DNA of 64,000 bases from Rubrivivax sp. (lineage in GTDB: Bacteria > Pseudomonadota > Gammaproteobacteria > Burkholderiales > Burkholderiaceae_C), in the NCBI GenBank assembly GCA_016719535.1, contig JADJYX010000011.1:747-64746 (forward strand). The letters run 5' to 3'. This document shows, one piece after another, positions 31,046 through 40,143 of this stretch; positions within the stretch are counted from its first letter, which is position 1, and each line of letters starts with the position of its first letter. A program made the position numbers and the translations under genes. The notes under the pieces are model-generated. The model saw only the letters and a list, made by a program, of their open reading frames with translations, did no database searches and was not told where the DNA came from.

Positions 31046-31975
31046 ATGAACGAACATCCGATGATCGAGAGCCTCTTCGGCCACCTGCAGGCGCTGTGGG
31101 GCCATGCGGGCAGCGCCACCGTGGTGATGCTGCGGGTGACGCTGATCGTGCTGGCCGGCTGGCTGCTGGCGTCGGTGCTGCAGCGTGCGATCCGGGCCTT
31201 CCGCGTGCGCATCGCCGCGCGGCTGGACGACCGCGAAGCGGTCAAGCGCGCCGAGACGCTGGGCCGCGTCTTCCGCTACCTGGCGGCGGTGGTGGTGTCG
31301 CTGATCACCGGCATGCTGGTGCTGGGCGAGCTCGGCGTGTCGGTGGCGCCCATCCTCGGTGCCGCCGGCGTGGTCGGCCTGGCGGTGGGCTTCGGCGCGC
31401 AGAGCCTGGTGAAGGACTATTTCACCGGCTTCTTCCTGCTGCTGGAAAACCAGATCCGCCAGGGCGACGTGGTCAAGCTCGGTGACCACGCCGGGCTGGT
31501 GGAGGAGGTCACGCTGCGCTACGTGCAGCTGCGCGACTACGACGGCCATGTCCATTTCGTGCCCAACGGGCAGATCACCACCGTGGTCAACCTCAGCCGC
31601 GGCTTCGCCCATGCGGTGCTCGACATCGGCGTCGCCTACCGCGAGGATCCCGACGCGGTGATGGCGGTGATGCGCGAGGTCGGCCGCGAGCTGCGTGCCG
31701 ACCCGGCCTTCGGCCCGCTGACGCTCGAAGACCTGGAGATCGCCGGTGTCGAGCGCTGGGACGACTCGGCGGTGGTGATCCGCTGCCGCTTCAAGTGCCA
31801 GCCGCTGCAGCAGTGGGGCGTGCGCCGCGAATACCTGCGCCGGCTCAAGCATGCCTTCGACGCGCAGGGCATCGAGATCCCCTACCCGCACCTGACCGTC
31901 TATGCCGGCCAGGACAAGTCCGGTCGCGCACCCGAATGGGCGCTGCGGCTGGTGCAAGCCCAGGCCGGCGGCTGA
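31046..31975 (+). CDS. Mechanosensitive ion channel (MscS family)
   Basis: AVGFGAQSLVKD, GDVV, HFVPNG motifs. Confidence 0.93.
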   Translation: MNEHPMIESLFGHLQALWGHAGSATVVMLRVTLIVLAGWLLASVLQRAIRAFRVRIAARLDDREAVKRAETLGRVFRYLAAVVVSLITGMLVLGELGVSVAPILGAAGVVGLAVGFGAQSLVKDYFTGFFLLLENQIRQGDVVKLGDHAGLVEEVTLRYVQLRDYDGHVHFVPNGQITTVVNLSRGFAHAVLDIGVAYREDPDAVMAVMREVGRELRADPAFGPLTLEDLEIAGVERWDDSAVVIRCRFKCQPLQQWGVRREYLRRLKHAFDAQGIEIPYPHLTVYAGQDKSGRAPEWALRLVQAQAGG

Positions 31976-32006
31976 CGCGCCGCAGCCGCTGCCCCATGGA
32001 GGTCCC

Positions 32007-32471
32007 ATGTACCACCGCATCCTCGTCGTCGTCGCCGACCATCCCTCGTCACAGGTCGCCATCGCCCATGGCCTGGGCCTGGCGCGCGCCCTGGGGGCGG
32101 AGGTGCTGTTCGCGCATGCGCTGCACCACTACCCGCTGGCGGTGGCCGACATGCCGCCGGTGGTGACGATCGCGCCCGATGATTTTGCGCGCCAGTCGGC
32201 CGAACTCGGTGCCCGGCTGCTGGCCGACGCGCGCGCGCGCGCCGCCGCGGATGGCGTGACGGCGCGTGCGCTGGTGCTGGATACCGTCAACGATGTCGAC
32301 GGCCTGACCACGCTGGCGCGCGATCAGGCCTGCGACCTCATCATCGTCGGCGCCGAGGGCGGCAACGCGCTGGTGCGCCTGCTCACCGGCAGCGCGGTGC
32401 CGGGGCTGATCACACGCGCAGCGGTGCCGGTGATGGTCTGCCACGCCGGCGACGGCCCGCCGCCGGCCTGA
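32007..32471 (+). CDS. Universal stress protein
   Basis: MYHRILV, G-2x-G-9x-GS ATP-binding pattern (GAEGGNALVRLLTGS), VPVMV. Confidence 0.9.
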   Translation: MYHRILVVVADHPSSQVAIAHGLGLARALGAEVLFAHALHHYPLAVADMPPVVTIAPDDFARQSAELGARLLADARARAAADGVTARALVLDTVNDVDGLTTLARDQACDLIIVGAEGGNALVRLLTGSAVPGLITRAAVPVMVCHAGDGPPPA

Positions 32472-32663
32472 GCACTGCACCAGCCGGCGGCCCGCCGCCG
32501 GCCTGAGCGCTGCACCAGCCGGCGGCCCGCCGCCGGCCTGAGCGCTGCACCAGCCGGCGGCCCGCCGCCGGCCTGAGCGCTGCACCAGCCGGCGGCCCGC
32601 CGCCGGCCTGAGCACTGCACCAGCCGGCAGCCCGCCGCCGGCCTGAGCGCTGCATCAGCCGGC
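32454..32663. repeat. Six-copy 35-bp tandem repeat between convergent genes
   Basis: Unit GGCCCGCCGCCGGCCTGAGCGCTGCACCAGCCGGC starting at 32454, 32489, 32524, 32559, 32594 and 32629, with a few substitutions and no spacers. Confidence 0.97.
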
Positions 32664-34154
32664 AGGCCGCCGCTTGTACCAGCGGATGGTCTGCTCGCGC
32701 AGCGGCCGCGGCGGCGCGCCGGCGGCCTGCAGCGTCTGGTCGAGCCGGTGGCCGGCCTCGTCGGCCAGGGCCGCCTCGCGCGCGGCGCGCACCTGCTGCG
32801 CCCGCTCGGCGGCCGGCCGGGGGCCGGCGGACAGGTGCTGCACGATGTGCAGCAGGTTGTCCTTGCCGCGTTCGTTGGTGCTGCCATAGCCCTTGATCAG
32901 CCGCCCGCAGCGCGCCAGCTCCAGGCCCAGCGCCGGGTCCTCGCGCGTGCCGCGCTCGACGGCGGCCAGCCACTGCTCGATCAGCTTCTGTTCCAGTGCA
33001 AACCGGCTGCCGCGCCGGCGCTGGCCCTGCAGCGCGGCGACGAAGCGCAGCGCCAGCGTGCCGGTCACCGTGTGCGTGCCCACCTTCAGCGGCAGCGCCC
33101 AGGGCGCGCGCCCGGCGGCCACCCGGCGGCGGTCCCAGGCGATCAGCCGGTCGGCCAGGGCTTGCGGCAGCAGGGCCGCCAATTCGGGCACTCCGGGCTT
33201 GAAGTGGTCGTAGACGGCGAGCAGTTCGCCGTCCTTCAGCCCGACCTCGCGCTGCACGCGGCGCAGCCGGCTGGCGGCCAGCTTGGCAGCGGCCACGCGC
33301 ACGATGTCGTCGAAGGCCATCCACAGCGCCAGCCAGCGCACCAGCTCCTGCGTCACCGGACCTTGCATTCGGCCTTCCGCGGCTTCGATGCGCGCCAGGC
33401 GTTCGTCGTACAGACGGGCATAGGCTTCGTCCTGGTAGTCCACCAGCCGCTGGCGCGCCAGCGTGCGCAGGTCGGGCGCCGGGGTCGCCGCCAGCGCGGC
33501 GTCGACCAGCGCCTGCTGCGCACGGCGCGCGGACACGGCGTCGAAGGCGAGCGCAAAGCCGCGCAGGCTGGCCTCCACGCCCTTGCCGCTGGCGCGGATG
33601 GTCTCCTCGTAGCGCGCACGCGCAAAGGGCAGGGCGCCGCTGGCCGCCACCGCGCCCAGCAGCACGGCGCTGATCACGGTGCCGGCCTGGCGCGCCAGCG
33701 CATTGAAATCCAGCAGTTCGGCCGCGCGCACGTGGCGCTGCAGCACCGCCAGCAGGGCGGCGGTGTCGACGCGGTCGTCGCCCTGGCCCATCTTCTCGGC
33801 CACGGTGAGCGCGCGTGCGGTCGAGCTGATGACCAGCGTGCGCTCGGCGCTGGCCATGCCGTTGCCGACATGGCGCACGGTTTCCAGCAGCTCCGACGAC
33901 AGCAGCAGGTCGATCTCGCCGGCCACCGGGTTGAGGCTGAAGACCGGGCGCCGCGGGCCGAGTTCGGCCTGCGGCCGCGGGTGCACCTCGACGTAATAGG
34001 TGGTGGCGCCGGTGCGCTGCGCGACGCCGGGGATCGAGGTCGACTGCGCCGCGTGGCCGGCGTGCACCGCGGTCAGGTACAGCCATTCGGCGAGCACGCC
34101 GCCGCCCTCGCCGCCGAGGGCGCAGACGAGGATGGTGATGGGGCGGTCGGTCAT
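32655..34154 (-). CDS. Indolepyruvate oxidoreductase beta-subunit family protein with C-terminal extension
   Basis: ALGGEGGGVL, STSIPGVAQRTGAT; long C-terminal helical domain (WMAFDD...IKGYG). Confidence 0.88.
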   Translation of the reverse strand: MTDRPITILVCALGGEGGGVLAEWLYLTAVHAGHAAQSTSIPGVAQRTGATTYYVEVHPRPQAELGPRRPVFSLNPVAGEIDLLLSSELLETVRHVGNGMASAERTLVISSTARALTVAEKMGQGDDRVDTAALLAVLQRHVRAAELLDFNALARQAGTVISAVLLGAVAASGALPFARARYEETIRASGKGVEASLRGFALAFDAVSARRAQQALVDAALAATPAPDLRTLARQRLVDYQDEAYARLYDERLARIEAAEGRMQGPVTQELVRWLALWMAFDDIVRVAAAKLAASRLRRVQREVGLKDGELLAVYDHFKPGVPELAALLPQALADRLIAWDRRRVAAGRAPWALPLKVGTHTVTGTLALRFVAALQGQRRRGSRFALEQKLIEQWLAAVERGTREDPALGLELARCGRLIKGYGSTNERGKDNLLHIVQHLSAGPRPAAERAQQVRAAREAALADEAGHRLDQTLQAAGAPPRPLREQTIRWYKRRPAG

Positions 34155-35122
34155 TCGCCGCGGATGCCGGCTTCGCGGATGAAGGCGCCGAAGCGCTGGC
34201 GGTCGCGCTGCTGGGCGGCGATGAAGTCGGCACGCGACTGTGACGCCAGCTCGGCACCGAGGGTCTTCATCACCTCGGCCATCTTCGGCGTCGCCAGCGC
34301 CTTGTTGATCTCGCCGTGCAGCTGCGTCACCACCGGCGCCGGGGTGCCGCCCGGGGCATAGATGCCGAAGGTGGTATCGGCGTCGAAACCGGCCATGCCG
34401 GCCTCGGCCAGCGTCGGCGTATCGGGGTACTGCGAAGCCCGCCGCGGGCTGCCCACGGCCAGCAGCCTGAGCCTGCCTTCCCTGGCATGGCGCAGGCCAG
34501 GGCCGGGGTCGAACATGAACTGCACCTGGCCGGCCAGCAGGTCGGTCAGCGCCGGTGCGGCGCCCTTGTAGGGCACATGCGTGGCCTCGAAACCCGCCTG
34601 GCGCTTGAACATCTCGCCGGCCAGGTGCGGGCTGCTGCCGGTGCCGGCCGAGCCGAAGCTCAGCTTGCCCGGGTTGGCCTTGGCGTAGGTGACGAACTCC
34701 TGCGCGGTATTCACCGGCACCGAGGGGTTGGTCATCAGGTAGACCAGCACGCGCGCCACGCTGGCCACCGGCACCAGGTCCTTCTCGGCGTCGAAGGGCA
34801 TCTTCGTATAGAGGAAGGGGTTCACCGTCACCGCGCCGCCGCTGCTCATCAGCAGCGTATGGCCGTCGGCCGCCGACTTGGCCACGGCATCGGCGCCGAT
34901 GTTGCCGTTGGCGCCGGGCTTGTTTTCCACCACCACCTGCTGCCGCAGCTGCTCACCGAGCTGCTGCGCCAGCGCGCGGCCGATGACGTCGGCGGCGCCG
35001 CCGGGCGGAAAATTGACGACCAGCTTCAGCGGCTTGCCGGGAAAGGCCTGCGCGAAGGCGGCCGGGGCGGCCAGCGCCAGGGCGGCGCCGGCGGCGAGGG
35101 CGATGCGGCGGGTCACGGTCAT
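34151..35122 (-). CDS. Bug/TctC tripartite tricarboxylate transporter substrate-binding protein
   Basis: VVNFPPGGAAD, VENKPGANG, GSAGTGSSPHLAGE, HVPYKG. Confidence 0.95.
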   Translation of the reverse strand: MTVTRRIALAAGAALALAAPAAFAQAFPGKPLKLVVNFPPGGAADVIGRALAQQLGEQLRQQVVVENKPGANGNIGADAVAKSAADGHTLLMSSGGAVTVNPFLYTKMPFDAEKDLVPVASVARVLVYLMTNPSVPVNTAQEFVTYAKANPGKLSFGSAGTGSSPHLAGEMFKRQAGFEATHVPYKGAAPALTDLLAGQVQFMFDPGPGLRHAREGRLRLLAVGSPRRASQYPDTPTLAEAGMAGFDADTTFGIYAPGGTPAPVVTQLHGEINKALATPKMAEVMKTLGAELASQSRADFIAAQQRDRQRFGAFIREAGIRGE

Positions 35123-35152
35123 GGTTCTGTCTCCAGGTCGCTGTGTGAGCGT

Positions 35153-37312
35153 TCAGGCAGGGCGCAGCCAGCCGGTGATCGTCTGGCGCAGGCCTGCCAG
35201 CAGGCGTTCGCCCCAGCCGGGGTGGGTGATGACCTCGGCGCGGTAGAAGCTCGGGCACAGCGTGGCCGCGTGCGCATTGGCGCCGCACAGGCCGCAGCCC
35301 ACGCAGCCCTCGATCACCGTGGCCACCGGGTCCACGCGCAGCGGGTCGGGGTTGTCCTTGAGCGTCAGCGTCGGGCAGCCCGACAGCCGGATGCAGGCGT
35401 GGTCGCCGGTGCAGACGTCCTCGTCGACGCCGTATTTGACGCGCTCGACACGTTCGCCGCGTTTCAGGCGGCCGGCCGTCCAGGGCTTGATGCGGCGCTG
35501 GCGCTCGAGCTGGCATTCGCCCTCGGCGACGATGACCTTCAAGCCGCTGAACGTCGTCGTCAGCGCCTCCTGCAGCGTGCGCTGCATGGCGGCCACCTCG
35601 TAGGTATGCACCACGCGCAGCCACTGCACGCCCATGCCCTCGAGCGTGTCCTCGATGGTCTGGTTCTTGTGCGCCAGGCTCTGGTGCAGGCTGGCGTTGC
35701 GTTCGGCCTCGGCCCTGGCCTCGTCGTCGGGCGTATTCAGGATGTCCTGCGTGCCGGTGGCCGAGGTATAGCCGTTCTTCATGATCACCAGCACCGCGTC
35801 GTCGCCGTTGAACAGCGCCGCCTGCACGCCGGTCAGCAGCCCGTTGTGCCAGAAGCCGCCGTCGCCCATGACCGCGATGCTGCGCCGCTGCATCATCGGG
35901 CTGACGCCGGCGCGGCTGGCCAGGCTCATGCCATAGCCCAGGATCGAGTGGCCGCTGCTGAAGGGCTCGAAGGTGGCCAGCGCATGGCAGCCGATGTCGG
36001 CGGCGATGTGCACCGGGCCGACCTCGGCCTGCGCCAGCTTGAGCGCGCTGAACACCGGCCGCTCGGGGCAGCCGATGCAGAAGCCCGGCGGCCGCGCGGG
36101 CAGCGGGCCCAGCGCCTGGGCGACGTCGGCGCGGCGCGCGGCATTGGCGGCCAGCCAGGCGCGCGCCGGGGCCGTGTCGATGTCGCTCGCGTGACGTTCG
36201 AGGTAAGCCACGAGGGCCGGCACCATGGCCTCGACGGTGTACTCGCCGGCGGTGGGCAGCAGGTCCTTGCCGTGCACCGGCGTCTGCACATCCAGGCGGC
36301 GCAGCGCCAGCAGCAGGTCCTTCTCGATATATTCGGGGTAGCCCTCTTCCAGCACCAGCACCGCTGCCTTGCCGGTGCAGAAGGTGCTCAGCTCGGACGG
36401 CACCAGCGGGTAGGTGACGTTGAGCACGTGCAGCGGGATGCGGCTGTCGCCGAAGCCGTTCGCCAGGCCCACGCGCTGCAGCGCGCGGATCAGCGCCGGG
36501 TACAGGCCGCCCTGCACGACGATGCCCAGCTGCTGCAGGTCGCCGTCGAAGGTCTCGTTGAGCCGGTGCTCGGCGATGTAGCGCTGCGCCACCGGGATGC
36601 GCTGCTCGACCTTGAGCTTCTCGTGGCGGAAGGTCACCGGCGGGTGCGCCAGCCGCATGTAGTCGAAGCCGGCGGGCTCGGCGATCAGCGCGCGCGTGGA
36701 CAGACGCGGCGCCACGTTGTCGCGCGCGGTGAAGGTGCCGCGCACGTGGCAGGCGCGGATGCGCAGCTCCATGATGGCCGGCATGTTGCTGGCCTCGCTG
36801 AGGGCGAAGGCATGCTCGACCAGGTCGACCATGCGCTGCAGGTCGGGCCGCGGGTCGAAGAGGGCCAGCGTGCTCTTCATCGCATAGGCGTGCGTGCGCT
36901 CCTGGATCACGCTGGCGCCTTCGCCATAGTCCTCGCCGACGACGATGAGCGCGCCGCCCACCACGCCCGGCGACGCCAGGTTGCTCAGCGCATCGGCCGC
37001 CACGTTGGTGCCGACGATGCTCTTCCAGGTGACGGCGCCGCGCAGCGGGTAATGGATGCTGGCACCCAGCATCGCCGCTGCCGACGCCTCGTTGCTGCAG
37101 GCCTCGACATGCACGCCCAGCGTGTCGACATAGGGCCGCGCCTGCACCATCACGTCGAGCAGGTGCGACACCGGCGCCCCCTGGTAGCCGCCGATGTAGG
37201 CCACGCCCGACTGCAGCAGCGCCTTGGTGATGGCGAGGATGCCCTCGCCGTGGAAGGTGGTGCCTGCGCCCAGCTTCAGCTGCTCGATCTGTTCGGTGAA
37301 CTGGACTTCCAT
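35153..37312 (-). CDS. Indolepyruvate ferredoxin oxidoreductase alpha subunit (TPP and Fe-S)
   Basis: GGYQGAPVS, FCIGCPER, DIGC, VMGDGGFWHNG (TPP motif), CTGDHACIRLSGCP and CVGCGLC ferredoxin motifs. Confidence 0.92.
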   Translation of the reverse strand: MEVQFTEQIEQLKLGAGTTFHGEGILAITKALLQSGVAYIGGYQGAPVSHLLDVMVQARPYVDTLGVHVEACSNEASAAAMLGASIHYPLRGAVTWKSIVGTNVAADALSNLASPGVVGGALIVVGEDYGEGASVIQERTHAYAMKSTLALFDPRPDLQRMVDLVEHAFALSEASNMPAIMELRIRACHVRGTFTARDNVAPRLSTRALIAEPAGFDYMRLAHPPVTFRHEKLKVEQRIPVAQRYIAEHRLNETFDGDLQQLGIVVQGGLYPALIRALQRVGLANGFGDSRIPLHVLNVTYPLVPSELSTFCTGKAAVLVLEEGYPEYIEKDLLLALRRLDVQTPVHGKDLLPTAGEYTVEAMVPALVAYLERHASDIDTAPARAWLAANAARRADVAQALGPLPARPPGFCIGCPERPVFSALKLAQAEVGPVHIAADIGCHALATFEPFSSGHSILGYGMSLASRAGVSPMMQRRSIAVMGDGGFWHNGLLTGVQAALFNGDDAVLVIMKNGYTSATGTQDILNTPDDEARAEAERNASLHQSLAHKNQTIEDTLEGMGVQWLRVVHTYEVAAMQRTLQEALTTTFSGLKVIVAEGECQLERQRRIKPWTAGRLKRGERVERVKYGVDEDVCTGDHACIRLSGCPTLTLKDNPDPLRVDPVATVIEGCVGCGLCGANAHAATLCPSFYRAEVITHPGWGERLLAGLRQTITGWLRPA

Positions 37313-37400
37313 CGCCCCGGGCCTGTTGTGCGGTCGGTCGACTCTAGGGGCGCTGCCGCCATTCGTCCATGCCATGAGCCTGATGAGTACGATGCACGGC

Positions 37401-38423
37401 ATGAATATCCGCGACCTCGACCTCAACCTGCTGCATGTCTTCTCGGCCGTGCACGCGGCGCGCAGCGTCAGCCGTGCCGCCGAGGCCCTGGGCCTCAGCC
37501 AGCCGGCGGTGAGCCATGCGCTCACCCGGCTGCGGCTGGCGCTGCGCGACCCGCTGTTCACGCGCTGCACGGGTGGCGTGAAGCCGACGCCCAAGGCCGA
37601 CCAGCTGGCGCGCCAGGTGGAGGCGGCCCTGCGCCAGCTCGACATGGCGCTGCACGAGGCCGAGACCTTCGACGCCGCGCATTCGCAGCGCCGCTTCGTC
37701 GTGCACATGAGCGACATCGGCGCCGACGAATTCCTGCCGGCGCTGATGGCCGTCATCGGCCGCGAGGCGCCGGGCGTGCGCGTCGAGGCGGTGCAGCTGG
37801 CGGCCGATGCCATCGCGCCGGCGCTCGAGGACGGCCGGCTGGACCTGGCCTTCGGCTACCTGCCGGGACTGGCGGGCACCGAAAGCCTGCCCATCCTGCA
37901 GGAGCGCTACGTCGTGCTGCTGCGCCAGGGCCACCCGCTGGCCGGCGCGCTGCGCGACCGCGCGGCGCTCGAGCGGCTGGACTTCGTGCTCGTGGTCAGC
38001 CACGCCGAGCCGGCGCGTGCACTGCACCTGCTGGGGCTGCAAAGCCGCATCCGGCTGACGCTGCCGCACTTCATGGTGGTGCCGGCCATCCTGGCCGCCA
38101 CCGATCTGGCGGTCATCCTGCCGCTGCGCCCGGCGCTGGGCTTCGCCTCACGTCATGCGTTGCAGGTGGTGGACCCCGACCTCGGCCTGCCGCCCTTCAC
38201 GGTGGCGATGCACTGGACGTGGCGCTCGGCGCACGACCCCGGCCACCGCTGGCTGCGCGAGCACGCGGCGGCGATGCGCTTCGCCGCGCCGCCCTGGCCG
38301 CCGGCGTTGCCGCCGGCCGCGAAGAGGGTGCGCCAGTCGCCAGGTGTTCGTGCTGCCCCGCCCACGGCAGCATCAGCGTCGCCAGCAGCAGCTGCTCGAA
38401 CTCGGCGCCGAAGCGCTCGATGA
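37401..38423 (+). CDS. LysR family regulator (DntR/NahR-like) with an unusually long low-complexity tail
   Basis: DLDLNLL, SVSRAAEALGLSQPAVSHAL, HDPGHRWLR. The tail overlaps the convergent WS/DGAT ORF. Confidence 0.85.
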   Translation: MNIRDLDLNLLHVFSAVHAARSVSRAAEALGLSQPAVSHALTRLRLALRDPLFTRCTGGVKPTPKADQLARQVEAALRQLDMALHEAETFDAAHSQRRFVVHMSDIGADEFLPALMAVIGREAPGVRVEAVQLAADAIAPALEDGRLDLAFGYLPGLAGTESLPILQERYVVLLRQGHPLAGALRDRAALERLDFVLVVSHAEPARALHLLGLQSRIRLTLPHFMVVPAILAATDLAVILPLRPALGFASRHALQVVDPDLGLPPFTVAMHWTWRSAHDPGHRWLREHAAAMRFAAPPWPPALPPAAKRVRQSPGVRAAPPTAASASPAAAARTRRRSAR

Positions 38424-39780
38424 TCTGTTGCGGGTCAGGGCACAGCGCGCGGTCGGTGATGAGCCCGAACTGCACCCCGCCGGCGTAGGACAGGATGGAC
38501 ACGCCGATGCCGATGTCGCCCGAGGCCGGCACCCAGAACATGTTCTGGCGCAGCGTGGCGCCGCAGAATCGCAGCGGCGTCGACGGCCCCGGCACGTTGG
38601 TCATCACCGCGGTGGTCTTCTTCGCAAACAGCCCCAGGATGGCGTCCTGCGCCGGCTTGATCAGCAGCCCGGTCAGCGACAGGATGGCGAAGGCCAGCAG
38701 CGGCTGGTAGCTGTCCTTCAGTTCCGCCATGCGCCGGCGCACCGCGTAGACGCGCTCGATCGGGTTGGCGATGCCGATGGGCAGCGTCAGCGGCGCCAGG
38801 CCGAAGCGGTTGCCCAGCTTCCAGGCGTGTTCCAGCGGGCGCAGGTTGACGGGCACCATGGCGCGGATCTCCTGGCCCGCGGGGTCGTCGCCGAGGTCGC
38901 GCAGGTAGCCGCCGATGGCGCCGGCGGCACAGCTCAGCAGCACGTCGTTGACCGAGCAGTTGAGCCCCTTGCCGATGGCCTTCACGTCGTCCAGCGGCAG
39001 CGGCTCGCACCAGGCCACGACCTTGCGGCCGTCGGGCTTGCCCTTCAGCCGCGTGGGCGAATCATCGGCCAGCAGCGCCAGCGCCGCCACGTCCGACAGC
39101 ACCTTGAAGCCGGTGCGCGCCATCTCCAGCGAGCCGAGGATGGGCTGCTGCGGGTTGGACAGCGCGTCCAGCGACTTGACCACGCCGTCGCCGTACATCG
39201 CGATCGCCTTCGTCGTCAGCTCGGTCAGCGGCTTGAGCACGGCGTCGGAGAGCCAGTCGCCCTCGGCTTCGGCGTCGGCGTCCTTGCGACGGCGCTTCGG
39301 CGGATCGCTGCCGCCGTCGGTGATGGACTGCATGACCGAGATCAGCGCGATGCCGTCGCCGATGCAGTGGTGGATGCGGCACACCAGCGCCGAGCCGCCC
39401 TCGTAGTGCTCGACGACGAGAAACTGCCACAGCGGGTGGCGCGCATCCAGCGGCGTGCCGGCCATTTCGCCGCACAGCCGCTGCAGCGCGTGGCGCTCGC
39501 TCTCGCCGGGCCCGGGCGAGAGGATCATCGGCGCCACGTGGCGGTCGATGTCGAAGGCATCGTCCTCGACCCAGCTGGCGCCCACGGCGTCGTGCACCAC
39601 ACGCTGGCGGAAGCGGTCGTACTTGAGCAGCTTGTCGATCACGCGCTGGCGCACCGCCGCCAGCGTCACCGGCTCGGCCAGCATCCAGACGCCGACGATC
39701 ATCATCAGGTTGACGTCGTTGTCCATGCGCAGCCACGCGGTGTCGACACGCGACATGCGGTGGGCGCTGTGCTCGGGCAT
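38197..39780 (-). CDS. Wax ester synthase/diacylglycerol acyltransferase (WS/DGAT)
   Basis: RMSRVDTAWL, HHCIGDG (HHxxxDG), SVNDV, PVNLR, TNVPGP, ILSYAG. Confidence 0.93.
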   Translation of the reverse strand: MPEHSAHRMSRVDTAWLRMDNDVNLMMIVGVWMLAEPVTLAAVRQRVIDKLLKYDRFRQRVVHDAVGASWVEDDAFDIDRHVAPMILSPGPGESERHALQRLCGEMAGTPLDARHPLWQFLVVEHYEGGSALVCRIHHCIGDGIALISVMQSITDGGSDPPKRRRKDADAEAEGDWLSDAVLKPLTELTTKAIAMYGDGVVKSLDALSNPQQPILGSLEMARTGFKVLSDVAALALLADDSPTRLKGKPDGRKVVAWCEPLPLDDVKAIGKGLNCSVNDVLLSCAAGAIGGYLRDLGDDPAGQEIRAMVPVNLRPLEHAWKLGNRFGLAPLTLPIGIANPIERVYAVRRRMAELKDSYQPLLAFAILSLTGLLIKPAQDAILGLFAKKTTAVMTNVPGPSTPLRFCGATLRQNMFWVPASGDIGIGVSILSYAGGVQFGLITDRALCPDPQQIIERFGAEFEQLLLATLMLPWAGQHEHLATGAPSSRPAATPAARAARRSASPPRARAASGGRGRAPSATSSASPP

Positions 39781-39888
39781 CGGGCTTCTCCTCGGGGTGT
39801 GCGGCGCGGTGTGCGGCGCTTGTGCAGGCTACGATGGTGGCTAACATCACCAGCGTCTATTCTGACTTCCACCACCGGAGCGATCCCC

Positions 39889-40143
39889 ATGGCCAACCTG
39901 AAAGCCGCCTTCGAGAAGGCCGTCGTCGAGAGCAAGCAGCTGCCCGAGAAGCCGGACAACATGACGCTGCTCAAGATCTATTCGCTCTACAAGCAGGCCA
40001 CCGAAGGTGATGTCGAAGGCAAGCGCCCGGGCTTCACCGACATGGTCGGCCGTGCCAAATACGACGCCTGGGCGGCGCTGAAGGGCAAGTCGAACGACGA
40101 CGCGATGCAGGAATACATCGACCTCATCGAATCCCTGAAGTGA
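39889..40143 (+). CDS. Acyl-CoA-binding protein (ACBP)
   Basis: LLKIYSLYKQATEGD...RAKYDAW signature; GGAG RBS; C-terminal end of ORF 38155..40143. Confidence 0.93.
   Translation: MANLKAAFEKAVVESKQLPEKPDNMTLLKIYSLYKQATEGDVEGKRPGFTDMVGRAKYDAWAALKGKSNDDAMQEYIDLIESLK

Noticed and set aside
32454-32663. 35-bp repeat array as a CRISPR array
   Set aside because: The units are directly adjacent with no unique spacers, and no cas genes are present.
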